The translations under genes were made by a program, and so were the position numbers. A stretch of 64,000 nt of DNA from Moniliella sp. 'wahieum'. Taxonomy: Eukaryota. The notes under the pieces are model-generated. The model saw only the letters and a program-made list of their open reading frames with translations. It did no database searches and had not been told where the DNA came from. Location of the stretch: NCBI GenBank assembly GCA_003971905.1, contig RSEE01000012.1, positions 620,001 through 684,000 of the forward strand, written 5' to 3'. How positions within the stretch are numbered: the first letter of the stretch is position 1; each line of letters begins with the position of its first letter. Below are positions 36,101 through 48,257 of the stretch, piece after piece.

Positions 36101-39100
36101 ACGAAGAAGATTACGCTCGTAAGAAGCGTTTGGGCTTTACCTTCATCACTTCCCCTCTTGTTCCCGCCCCCCCAGGGGCAGAGCCACAGCTGGCCCACAC
36201 TCTTCCGTCAGCAACGCAGCCGGCCCGTTCCCAATTTTTGGATTGGAAACCCCTCATTGATCTTGCCCTGCTCCATGTGCAAGGGGACGATGAGAACAAG
36301 CTCCGTGCAGCGATGCAAATGCTCCAATCGGCTGCGGCCGTCCTGGTTGACCAGGTATGTATTTTGTTCTATTGTCGGCGTCATTCCACTTGTTTTCGCC
36401 ACTAACCTGCCATGTTGACTTCAGCCCCAAGCCGAGCGTGACAAGGAAGAAATCTTCGAGCGCATCCTTCACGGGCTGTTCCAAGCGTCTGACGCCCCGT
36501 ATGTGGGGACGGAAGCAACCGAATGTCTTCTCCGCCTGGCTGAGCACATCTTCCGTCTTGAGGCCGAACGCCCCCGTCGCACAGCCAGTGACAATGCGTC
36601 CACCACGACTTCGGCCCACAACCGCAACACATACCGCAGGCTCTAGCGCCTCCGCTCCCTCGGGCGGATCGACCTCGACCACCACCGCTACTCCTTCGGC
36701 AGGAAACGGCCCGGGCTTGCCTTCTTCTCAGTACCGGCAGCTCCAACCTTTGACAGCTGCCTTACTGGATGGCATGGTTCAGTCGCTCGCCCAAGCTGAT
36801 TCCCCCAAGCAGCGCGCCGCGTTCGCTGATTTGCAGCTGAAGATGATCCTGCAAGCGCGGGACGTGATCGTACACACAGCCCCCACGGCTCCCGAGGTGT
36901 GGCTTATGCTCATGCACGCCCTTGCCACACGGTACTGCACCCAATGCTACGACCCCTTGTGGGCGCGCAAGACGGGTGGTTGGAGTGGGATCGACATGGT
37001 GGTTCGTCGGGCTTCGCTGCCCTTCACTGGATCCGGGAGCATCAGCTCGAGTTTATGCGTGCGCTGATGTACATGCTGAAGGACATGCCGGGCGACCCAC
37101 CTCCTTGGAACGCGGCGACGTGGCCGAAACGCTCATCTTTGTTCTTGATGTGGCCAACCGGCCTAAACCTGGTCTGCCTCCAGTCGAGAAGGCAGCTTCC
37201 CCGGTACAGGCGACTGCCGAAGCCACCGAGGCCGAGCCCAAGCCTCTTCCGGAGCCCAAGGAGTCTTCTCTTTCTGCAGTACCTTCGGGCTCTTCTGCTT
37301 CTTCGGCCCCGGCAGGTCCTGCCCCCTCTTCTGCTTCTACTGCTCCTCCCACGTCGGCTCCTGCTCCAACGTCGGACGAGGCTGCCCCGAAGTCGGAAGA
37401 CACGGCACAAAAGACGGATGAAGCGCCCAATCCCCCTGCTGCAACCGCGGAAACGAAGACGGACGAAGAGGACACACCTATGCCTGACGCTCCCCCTGCA
37501 TCCGATGCACCTGCCCCCTCTTCCACTCCAGCGAAGGCTGAAGCCTCTGCCACCGCGGCCGCGTCCGAAGCCCCAAGTACTGGTGAGAAGTCGGCACCCG
37601 CAACTCGCCCACCGCGGCGGCAACTGCTGCACCGCCGGCTCCTGCCGTGGTCGCTCGCCTTTCCCGCCCTGAGGAACAACAGCGGATCCTGGTTGAGCGT
37701 CAATTTACGTTCATGGTGGGCATTCTTGTCCCGGAATTGTCGTCGGCCAATGAGATGGTCCGGCAGGTTACCCAGCGCGCTTTCCGTCTCCTGCTGAATG
37801 CCGCGGCAAGTCTGTTACGGACATTCTCATTAACGCAAAGGACCGGCTCTTGAGTCCCATCTTTTCGAAGCCTCTTCGCGCTCTGCCGTTTGGCATGCAA
37901 ATTGGCCACATTGACGCGGTGACTTTCTGTCTTCAGCTCGATCCGCCATTGCCCGACTTTAACGAGGAGCTGTATAGAGTCTTGACGGAAGCTCTTGCTT
38001 TGGCTGACGCTGACGATGCGGCCCTTGTTGGCCGCGGAGGATACCGCAACATTGTCGCTGTCACCAATCTTCGTATTGCCAGCATCAAGCTCTTGGCTGC
38101 GGCGCTCGCTTGCTCAGAGTTCATGAACCCGAAACAGCAACAGATGCGCATGAAGATAATTTCGGTTTACTTCAAGAGCCTGTACAGCCAATCGCAGGCA
38201 GTGGTGCAGGTGGCGCATACTGCGCTCAAACAAACGCTCCAGAGCCAGTCCAAGCTTCCTAAGGACGTACTCCAGGCTGGTTTGAGGCCTATCCTGATGA
38301 CGCTTGCAGAGCCCAGCAGATTGACTGTCGCGGGGTTAGATGGTTTGGCCCGCCTGCTTGAACTTCTCACATCCTACTTCAAGGTTGAGATTGGCACCAA
38401 GCTCCTGAGCCACATGACCCAAATTGCAGACCCGGCCACGCTTGAGCGTCTCTCGGCGGGCCGCTCGTTTCGCCCCAGTACCCGGACGACCACTACCTCA
38501 AAGGCGAGAAGCCGCAGGCGGAGCCGATTGAGATCCTTGCTGCTATACGCGCATCTTCCATTTGCTTCCGCCGACAGCGTTCATGTACATGACTAAGCTC
38601 ACAACCGAGGTGGTGAAAATCGAGTCCACATCCGCCGCTCTGGCCCAACGCCGTTCACCAAGCCTTTGGCGCAGTTCTTCGATAAGTTTCCTGCCCAAGC
38701 CGTTGAGTACCTCTTTGGTCAGATTGAGCAACCGGGACACGTCAAGGCATTCCGCCAGTCGCTTCTGCAACCATTTGCTCAGCAGCTGCGAGACAAGGTT
38801 GCCGCGACGAGGGACACGTATCTTATCCCTCTGATCGGCGAGCACGCCAACCCAGCCAAGTCAGCTCCAGCTCTGCAGATTGTCATCTCGCTCGAGGAGG
38901 CGGAGCCCGGGTGGCTGGTCAAGCATGAGGATGTACTTCAAGCATGTCTCCAGTTCTTCCAGAGCCCAGCCTGCAGGGAGCGGCGCCGGCGTGAGGTGAT
39001 GTTGGGTCCTAATTCGGATCGCAATGAGAACCGTCTGTGTGCTTCTTTATTCCGCTCTTACCTCGAGCACAAGCCCGACCTGGACGTCTTCTTTGCCCTG

Positions 39101-42100
39101 GCCGACTTGTACACCTACCGTCTCGGGTTTGACATTACGCCGCTCACACGCTTCTTGTACCGGTTTGGAACCCACCTCTCTGTCGACCTGCAGCGGCAAG
39201 CGATTGCCAAGTTCATTGATCTCTTCCACGATCAATCCGTCCCCGCAGCGTTCAAGACCCAGGTCCTGCGATACTTGATCAACCCCATCCTTGTTGGTTC
39301 ACTTCGTCCAGACCTGGTTAAGTTGCGCACGGTGGATGATATCAAGAAGGGCGATGCGGCGGTCAATATGGAGGTGGCACAACGTGCAACCTTGTTCGAC
39401 GAAGAACTATTGAGTAAAGTGGAGGGGATGCTCAAGGGACTAGGGGAGGGCAACTGCGACCTGTGGCTGCTCTCCGAAGTATACCATCTGGGCTTCTCTT
39501 TGGTGGACGCGCTGCCGCAGAGCTCCGGCCTTCGATGCGCCAGACTCTGTGGGATATGGCTTGGAACGAGGTTACGGCCGAAGACCCGACCCGATGCTGC
39601 GCTCGTGTGCCTTTTTGCTGCTAACCAAGCACATTGCCTTTTGGGTTGGCACAGACAAGGATGTTATCACCAAGTTTACACAACCTTGCTCAAACGTCCT
39701 ACATCGAAGCCCGGTCGGTTATCCGCACTGCCGTCAACACGTTGACCCCAGCGATGCCTGTTCGCTTCGAGACGGACGAGGGTTCAGATACCCTGCCCGC
39801 TTGGGTTAACTGGACCCGGCAGATCTTTGTCGAGGATGCCCGGGATAGCCAACATCTGTTGCTCATGCTCAGCCTTTGGTGGCTAACGCCGACCTGTTCT
39901 ACCCCTTCCGCCGGCTTTCGTGCCATACGTGGTCAACTCGATCACAAAGTTGGGTCTTGGGTCCTCCAACCCCTCGCTTGAGGTGCGGCTACTGTCGGGG
40001 GAGATGGTGGATATGCTCGTGAGATGGAAGGGGCGGCACGATGAGGCGACCAAGCAGCTGAGTCAGCCTGCCGCCCCTGGGCCTGATTTGGGCGAAAAAC
40101 GGGAGATGGACGAGGACGATGGCAGTGGCAGTCGCAAGCGCCGGCGGACGGAGGATGGTATGGAGGATGTCTCTATGGCTGAAACATCAGTCACGAAGGA
40201 TGCCTCCACCGTCACGGCTGATGATGGACACTTGATCCCTGCCCAGCAGCGTGACATTTTGGTCAGCTATCTGGTTACTTTCTTCCCTCGCTCTACTGAG
40301 TCGATCAGCCGGGGTGAATGGACTGGGCGTGCATTCGCGATGCTAAAGCTCATGCTGTCCATGCCATCCAAGGGAAAGTACACCATTAAGCTTGCTGTTT
40401 TCCAAAGAGCCTTGATGTCTTTCGAGGGCCAAGACCAGCTGGTGACCTCGGTCACTAACGCCTTGATGACACTACGGGAGGTGGTGGCATACTTAAGCAA
40501 GGACGAACGGTGGACTCGGGACCACCTTGGCCAAATGCAGCTTCTGATTGACAAGCCCATTGCCGCTACGGCCCGCCATCCTCAGTTGCTTGATCTGCTC
40601 AAGCCCATTTTCAAGATGCTCTTTGTTGTCCTCCCTGGCCGGCCTGCGAGTACGGAAGATGGCGACGCCGACGCCGACTGACCTGACGCTGACATCGACC
40701 CGGATGCCCCTGTCAAAGTCAAAGAAGAGACGCAGACCAAACCTGCGCCTAAACCTGAGGAAGATGCTGCTACTGCTTTTGGCAATTATGTTCACCGTCA
40801 TATTATCGATGGCCTCAAAGCTGAAAACAGTTCGGCGTTGTGCACAGCTTTGGCCATGCTGATGCTGGCGCGAGTCTAACCCTTCCATTGTATGTTCCAC
40901 TCAAATCTGGCTGTGGAAGGGTGTGTGGTACTAACCTTCTCGATTCAGATCGACGCCTACTTCGAAGAGCTTGCCGCGCACTCTCCAAGGTTGCCAAAGA
41001 ACACCTCAACCCATCCGAAGGGACCCCTGCGGACACGGTAAAGCCTTTGATTGGGCTTCTCTCCCTATTGGCCGACCGCCTGGCGCACTTGGGTTCACAT
41101 CGCAAGGTCTTCATTGGAGCTGTTGTCACCTTGTCGGAACGCTCGCCCAATGTAGAGCTGTGCCAGTTTTTGCTTCGACTCGCACGCAAGTGGATCATTG
41201 AGGAACGGGCACAGATGGTGAACGTTAAGGAGGCTGCAGCCATCCTGCTGAAGATGCTCAACCTCGAGCCGCGCCGCAGTGACATGTTTATGCGAGTATT
41301 TGGAAGTCATCCTGGCTATCTACGAAAGCCCCAAATTCCAGCGTTCTGAGCTGACGGTCCGGCTGGAGGATGCATTCCTTACGGGCCTCCGCTTCCCTGC
41401 GGCCGAGATTCGCGAGCGCTTTATCGACATCTTTGACCGTACATTGGTGCGCCCCATCCAGTCTCGCCTCCTCTACCTCCTCGGACAGCAGAGCTGGCAG
41501 CCGTTGGCGAGTCATTACTGGATTTTCCCATTGTTGGATCTCACTCTCCGCTCGGTCAAGACCGATCAAGCAATCGTACAAAACAACGATGCGTTCTCTT
41601 CTTTTGTTGCTTCTGCTCTGGGCCGGACCCTCAACGTCGGAAGCGTACTTCGCCCTCTGCGCCTTTCTCTATGCTGACAAGGACATTGCCCATTCCCTCT
41701 GGGTTTCTGTCTTCGCAGCCGCCTGGGCTAGCGTTCCACGCAAGTTCCAGGAGGACCTGGAGCACAAGTTCATCGGGCTGATCGTGCGGGACTACCATAT
41801 GCAACAGCATACTGCGCGACCGAACGTCATCCAGACGCTGTTGACGGGTGCTTTGGCGTGCGCTCCCCAGCTTGAGTTACCGCCTCATCTACTCCGGTAC
41901 TTGGGTCGCACTTTTGCCGCGTGGCATCCGGTGGGGGAGATGCTACAGAATATGCTGCGCACCCCGTCCCTGGATGGATAGCATTCGGGAATCTATCCAG
42001 GACGCCCTGGCTGCGTTCTACTCGGATCTGGAAGAAGATGATCTTTTCTACGGTCTCTGGCGCCGACGCAGCGTGTACGCGGAGTCAAACGCTGCCATCT

Positions 42101-45100
42101 CATTGGAGCAGAACGGGATGTGGCAGCAAGCGCAGTTGATGTATGAGCAGGCCCAAAACAAGGCCCGCCATGGTGTACTCGAGTTCACGGAAGCGGAGTA
42201 CAACCTCTGGGAGGATCATTGGGTGCTTTGTGCTGAGAAGCTACAGCAATGGGACATTCTCATCGAGTTGGCCAAGTATGAGGGGGACAACGACATGCTC
42301 CTCGAATGTGCCTGGAGATTGAACGACTGGTTTACCGACCAGACGCTACTTGACCAAGCTCTCGATAGCCTCGCGGTCTCGGCCACGCCAAGGCGCAAGG
42401 TATTTGAGGCCTTCCTTACTCTCCTCAAGGCCCAGTCTCATCCCGAGATGGCTCGCGACTTCCAGCGCACTCTGGACGAGGCAACGCAGCTCACTCTGCA
42501 TAAATGGCACTCACTTCCCGAGTATGTGTCGCAAGCTCACGTCCCTCTGCTGCACACTTTCCAGCTCATTGTCGAGATATCTGAGGCCAACACGGTCTTT
42601 GCCAATTGACGGCTACCACATCTCAAAACCTCAACTACCGCTCGACGGAGCTCAAAACGTTACTCCAAACCTGGCGGGAGCGTCTTCCCAACTTGTGGGA
42701 CGATGTCAACATTTGGAGTGATTTGGTTGCCTGGCGTGGGCACGTTTTCCGTGCAGTCAACAAGGCCTATATTCCTCTTCTGTCGCTCGTTCAGCCTCAG
42801 AACGGTGCTGGCTCTTCTACCAACTCGTTTGCCTACCGTGGGTACCACGAGACGGCTTGGATCATCAATCGCTTTGCTCATGTGCTGCGCAAGCATCATT
42901 TGACGGAGCAATGCATCTACCAACTTCAGCGGATCTACCAACTGCCCAACATTGAGATCCACGAGGCCTTTTTGAAGTTGCGTGAACAAGCTAAGTGCTA
43001 TTTCCAGCAAGACAACCCGGCGGAGCTGACAAAGGGCCTGGATGTGATCAACAATACCAACCTCATGTTCTTTGCAGCACCTCAAAAGGCTGAGTTCTTC
43101 ACGCTCAAGGGCATGTTTATGGCTAAATTGAGTATGGCGGACGACGCCAACAACTCCTTCTCGACGGCCATCCAGATGGATCTTAATTTGGCCAAGGCCT
43201 GGACCGAGTGGGGACGTTTCAACGACCGTACGTTCCGGGACAAGCCGGGCGACACGTACTCTGCGGTCAATGCAGTGAGCTGCTACTTACAGGCGGCGGG
43301 CTTGTACAAAAACAGCAAGGTGCGCAAGGTGCTGATCCGCATTCTTTGGCTGCTGGGATGTGACGACCAAGCGTCAACGGTTCATCAAGCCTTTGAAAGC
43401 TACAAGGGTGAGACACCGATCTGGCACTGGATCACTTTCATCCCTCAGCTGTTGCTCGCCCTGTCGCAACGCGAATCCAAGTGGGCACGCAAGCTACTGG
43501 TCCTGATTGCCAAGAACTACCCGCAGGTACGTGTGCTGCTTCTTCATCCAGGCCGGGTGTGATACTGACCAATTTCTCGCAGTCATTGTTCTTCAACTTG
43601 CGCACTGCCAAGGACGATTATCAGCAGGTGCGTAAGGGTCTCATGCTGCAAGCTCGGATGAGTCAAGCCCGAGCCCAGCAAGCTCGCCAGCAACAAGGTG
43701 AAAAGGCTGGAGAGGGAAGCGAAGATAAGGACGATAAGAAGACGGTGGGTGGCCTGCCGGCTGCTTTAGTGAACCGCGTGCCCTGGGATCACGTCGAGGA
43801 GACGCTCAACGTCCTCAAGACGTCATTCCCCTTGCTCGCTCTTACGATGGAGAGCATGGCCGAGCAGATCCAACAGCGCTTCAAGCCCAGCACAGATGAG
43901 GACATGTACCGTCTCATGTCGGCCTTACTCCAGGACGCGATGGGCCAGTACGTCGCGAAGGCGCACAAGAAGGACGAATCGCAGCAGATCCCAGAACGTG
44001 CATGAATAACGTTCAAAGATTCAGCGAGCAGATCAGTCCAGGACCGCTGAAGCGGGCCTTCGAAGACGATTTCATTAAGAGCAAACCCAAGCTCCGTGAT
44101 TACGTCCAGCGCCTCCAACGTTGGCGAGACAAGTACGAGGAACATCTCGATAAGCGTCCGTCCAAGCAGCATCTTGAGCACTGCAGTCATTTCTTGGTTG
44201 AGTTCCAGCATCAGAAATTCGATGAGGTGGAGGTGCCGGGCCAGTACCTCAAATTTGAGGACAGCAATGCCGACTTCGTCAAGATCCAGCGCTTTATTCC
44301 CACGTACGAGTGGATTCGAGTCAGTGGTGTCTGCACGCGCCGCATCACGATCCTCAGTAACAAGGGCACCTTGCATACGTTTGCCGTTCAACTCCCGGCT
44401 ATGCGCCATGGGAAGCGGGAGGATCGGATGTTGCAGTTGCTCCGCTGCCTTAACCGGGTGTTGGAGAAGCGTCGGGAGACCAGGCGCCGCGGCCTGGTCT
44501 TCTCCACACCGGCGACAATCCCATTCTCTGGTCAGCTGCGGTTGATCGAGTCGGAACACGCACTGATCAGTCTGCAAGACATATATGAGAAGCACTGCGC
44601 TGAAGCTGGTTTCCATCGCGATGCCCCGGTCATGTCATGGGCGGAAAAGATGCGCGCCATGGCACCGTCGATCCACAACCCGGTGGAGATGGCATCGGTT
44701 CGGATGGATCTGCTGGTGGAAATCGCGGTCAAAATGGTACCGGAGAACGTGTTGTCCAAGTACCCCTGCGCACCATGGCAACACCATCGGACTTGTGGGT
44801 GATGCGCAAGCAATTTACCTTGTCGATGGCTTCGTCGATCTTCATCACCTACGTTTTGTTCCTTTCCTCGCGGCTGCCGGGTCGGATCAGTTTGTCACGC
44901 TCTTCGGGTTTGGTAGTGACCAACGACCTCCTTCCTTCCCTTGCGGGGAGCAACCCCCAGTTCAGAACCACGGACCAGGTCCCCTTCCGATTGACGCCAA
45001 ACTTGCAGCACTTTATCGGCCCAGTCGGGATCGAAGGCTTGCTCACTGCAGCACTGGTGGCAATCGGTCGCAACATTTCCGAGCCAGACCGGCAGTTCGA

Positions 45101-45395
45101 AGAGTACTTGGGCATCTTTGTTCGTGATGAGGTGTACTCTTGGATGACGTCCATCAACCACTTGCCCCATTGGTCGCCGCTCCTGCAAGAAGCGCCACGG
45201 GAGTTGGTGTACCAGAACGTGCTGGAGATTGTCAAGCGGGGCCGGGTCATGGCGTGCCAGTACGAAACCGATAAAAACGCGCAAGAAGGACCAATGACCA
45301 CCCCTGTCTCTCAAAGTGTCATGGATCTTATCAACACCGCCACCAATCCGATGAAGTTGGCCATGCAAGAACCCATGTGGGCGCCTTGGCTCTGA
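33190..45395 (+). CDS. TRA1: Tra1/TRRAP PIKK pseudokinase, SAGA/NuA4 subunit (start codon not resolved)
   Basis: Motifs VRTDNEENA, FKVLQECPI, QVKAMSFIAY, LRALFRAIGGGKF, ELVSQGLRTLELCLDNLTPEF, FYGLWRRR, WRERLPNLWDD, WITFIPQLL, VPFRLTPNLQ and FATC-like end ATNPMKLAMQEPMWAPWL*. Introns near 33472, 36354, 40900 and 43527; many frameshifts. Confidence 0.95.
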
Positions 45396-46474
45396 CCTTT
45401 CACGGTCCTTCCCTCCTACTCCTATCCTCTATTGATCGTTCCCCCTCCCCCCCGTCCTCCCTTGGCGCTCTGCCTCAAACTTTTCTCTTTCTGTTTCCGA
45501 ATCCTCCTGTCTCTAAGAACCTGTTTGGCATGTCAGTATGTATTGCTGTTACATGGAAAACGTCCGGCGCGAACGCTGGACAGTTGTGGGTCGATTGCCC
45601 GGTGCGATGAGGGCCACCAATTTGACAGCGGCAAAAGTACTTAAGCGGAGTCAGACGGAGTCCTGAAGAAGAGAAAGCGCTACTGCCAAGAGTAACCGCT
45701 TGCAGTGTAATCGAGACGTGAGTCGTAAATTCGTAAGGGTGGCAGAAGAAGGTGGAAGGGCTATAAACAGAATATAGGCAACTTTCCAGAAAGGATAAAG
45801 ACTAATATACCAGCCCGCGTGCTCAGCGCTCACAAAGCACAAAGCATCTAGTACCGTAAGTCCGATCGCCCCTGGCTCTCCATGGAAAGGATCCGCGGCA
45901 TGGATAAGGTGTCCCCTGTTGGCTCTCTCACGCTAATAGTCTAACGGGACTGACGAGTGTTTGGATGAGATGTCTACGACATGCGGGGCTCAGCGTCTGG
46001 GGATAACGGGTAACCGGAGCGCCCCGTAACACCGTACGCCCACCACCACCTCGGTCATCCTCCCAGCTCCCCGTCATGTCACCTGGAAACCGCGGTCACA
46101 TGCACCGGTCACATAGCAAACATGCCTCTCGCCGCTATAGTTCGAATGCAACATCTTCTGTTACTAGTAGACAACCCCTAATTCTTCCCCCCCGTCTCCG
46201 GGCTCCATCTACACTGGTTCTGCGAATGACAGCTGTGGGTGCTCGATTGCGCATGGAGCCAATGATGGGTATAGCTGTTTATGAGATAACTTGACCCCGT
46301 CTACTTAGATGGCCATACCCCACTCCTTGTGGGAAGAATGAACAATCGGAAGGTTCCTTCAGTTGGCCGTACGGACCGACCAGCGGTCTGTTTCTCGGGT
46401 TCTGCAATTCCCTGCTCGACATCACTTTTCATCTCGCGATTGTGCCAAACAAAGATGCTTGCAATGATCTCGGC

Positions 46475-46840
46475 ATCTCTACTATCATATATCACGCATC
46501 ATGAAAACACCTGCACGCATATTGTGGGCCATGTTCCTTCCCGCTTCTCTCACTGCTCGTGCACAAAGGAGACCCCTGTAGAGCCACCCTGTAGAGCCAC
46601 CCTGTAAAGCCACCGTAGGTGGCTCCTGTGTTTTTTTGTTTTGGCCAAGGTGCCTTCAGTCCCGCCTCAGGCCTAGGAGTTCCGTTGCGCTCCTGTTTTC
46701 CTGTTCCTCAGGCTGGCCCCTGTGGTATGGACTGAAGGCTTGACGTTCCTTTGTAGGCATTGTGGTTTAGACGACTACCACCACGACCAGTGCGATTGCA
46801 TCATCCTCGAGGACCATGGACTCCAGGTCTTATCAATCTC
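46475..46840 (-). repeat. Dispersed repeat copy A (inverted relative to copy B)
   Basis: 46665-46687 is the exact reverse complement of 51021-51043; 46788-46817 matches the reverse complement of 50881-50910 at 29/30; 46475-46484 is the reverse complement of 51155-51164. Confidence 0.85.
46574..46612 (+). repeat. 13-bp tandem repeat x3 (CCCTGTAGAGCCA)
   Basis: Two exact units and one with a G>A change, running into the hairpin AGCCACC-gta-GGTGGCT (46608-46624). Confidence 0.9.
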
Positions 46841-47038
46841 GTCTACGAAATATCAAGGCAAGTAGCTGTGCGAAGACTGGCACGTTTTGGGGAGGGTGGT
46901 ACATAACGATAGACACTGGAGCCCGTCATGCGAGGTCAAAACCCCACAAGTAAATTTGACAGGCATCATCCCCATGTCATGGAAGCATGCAGAGCCGAGG
47001 AAAGCCAGAGGAGCATATGGAGACCAAAAAGGGAAGGT

Positions 47039-47611
47039 TTACACGCTCTTGAAGTTCTTGCCCACGCCGCCAGCAGCGCCCTTCATCTGCTGCTTCGAAA
47101 GCTTGGGGGCAGCAGCGGTGCCAGCCTTCTTGGCCTCCTTGCGGGCCTCGGCACGCGCCTTCTTCTCCTCCTTGGACTTGGACTTGGCCGCGTCGCGAGC
47201 GGCGGAGCGAACTTCGGGCTTCTGGTTGCGCTTGGCCTGGATGTCAGCCAGCGACAGGCCGACAACGCCACGCTGGTGCTTCACCGTCTTGCGCGAGCGC
47301 TTCTTGGCCACCTCCTCCGAGATGCCCTTCTTGTGCATGCGACGGAAGTAGACGGTCCAGGCAATCTTACGCGGGTTCTTGCGTTGGAGGAAGAGTTGCT
47401 CGGTCTTGTGCGAGTTGAACCGGTACACCTTACCGTCGCCCGAACGGACAAACAACCGACCCCGGCTGGGGTAGACCTTGCGCAGCGAGAAAGAGTCCGT
47501 CTCCACCTGTCCCATCCGATGGCCTGGTTAGTTCGCGAACCCACCACAGCACCTCCCTCCAGCAGGACCGGGCAGTGGGCCCGGCAGGCCACCCGCAGCA
47601 CGTACCTTCAT
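47039..47611 (-). CDS. RPL24: 60S ribosomal protein eL24
   Basis: Exon 1 ATG AAG, intron 47507-47605 (GTACGT..CAG), exon 2 VETDSFSLRKVYPSRGRLFVRSDGKVYRF..QRKNPRKIAWTVYFRRMHKKG. Confidence 0.97.
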
Positions 47612-48094
47612 CTTGACTTGGATGAGCTGGGTAGCGTCGAGAGGACAGGATCAACGGCAGCCAGCCTGGTCCTCGCACCCAGCGCGCCGCCACGACGGGT
47701 TACGTCAGACACACTGGTTTTATTGCGCCGGTTGTCACCCCACCACACGAGTGTCAGCTCGCAACCCGATTTAATTACTCTGCGCTGTTGTTCTGCTCGG
47801 CAACCCTAGCTGCATCTCGGGTGCGAGGCCGGGCACGCTGCAGATTTCCCATTTCCAATGGCGGGGTTCCTTAGCTAAGCGTGCATGCATGATGGGTGGT
47901 CGATGAGGCGCTGCGCCCGAAGGAAGCAGGAGCTTTCTTGGGGCGGGGCGCATGGTGTGGGGGCACGTGACCGAGATCGGTGCTCAGCTGTGCCTCTGTA
48001 GCAGCTCCTATAGAGGGAAGGAGAGCGCCTGGGAGGGCCGAGAGGCGCAGGCTTTGCTTTGGGCATCCCATCGGCTAGCATGCCCTGATCCAAG

Positions 48095-48115
48095 TACATT
48101 ACATTACATTACATT
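48095..48115 (+). repeat. (TACAT)4 microsatellite
   Basis: Read directly: tacattacattacattacatt. Confidence 0.8.
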
Positions 48116-48257
48116 CGGGAGGGAGCAGTGGTATTCTTGCGCTCGCCGGCTGAGCGCCGGGCTGTGCGACCGAAAGTGACTAGTGAAGTGAAGAGCAACA
48201 GAGCTTGAAGGCAAGCGCGGAGACGGACCAGGAGTCGGGCGTGCTCAATGGATAATC

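Noticed and set aside
46574..46612. Direct repeats as a CRISPR-like array
   Set aside because: 13-bp head-to-tail units with no spacers, in a eukaryotic context with no cas genes.
46928..47809. Long antisense ORFs such as 46928..47809, 2562..3431, 12807..13634, 26743..27597 and 43789..44616
   Set aside because: Shadow frames of real genes in GC-rich, codon-biased DNA, with no recognisable motifs.
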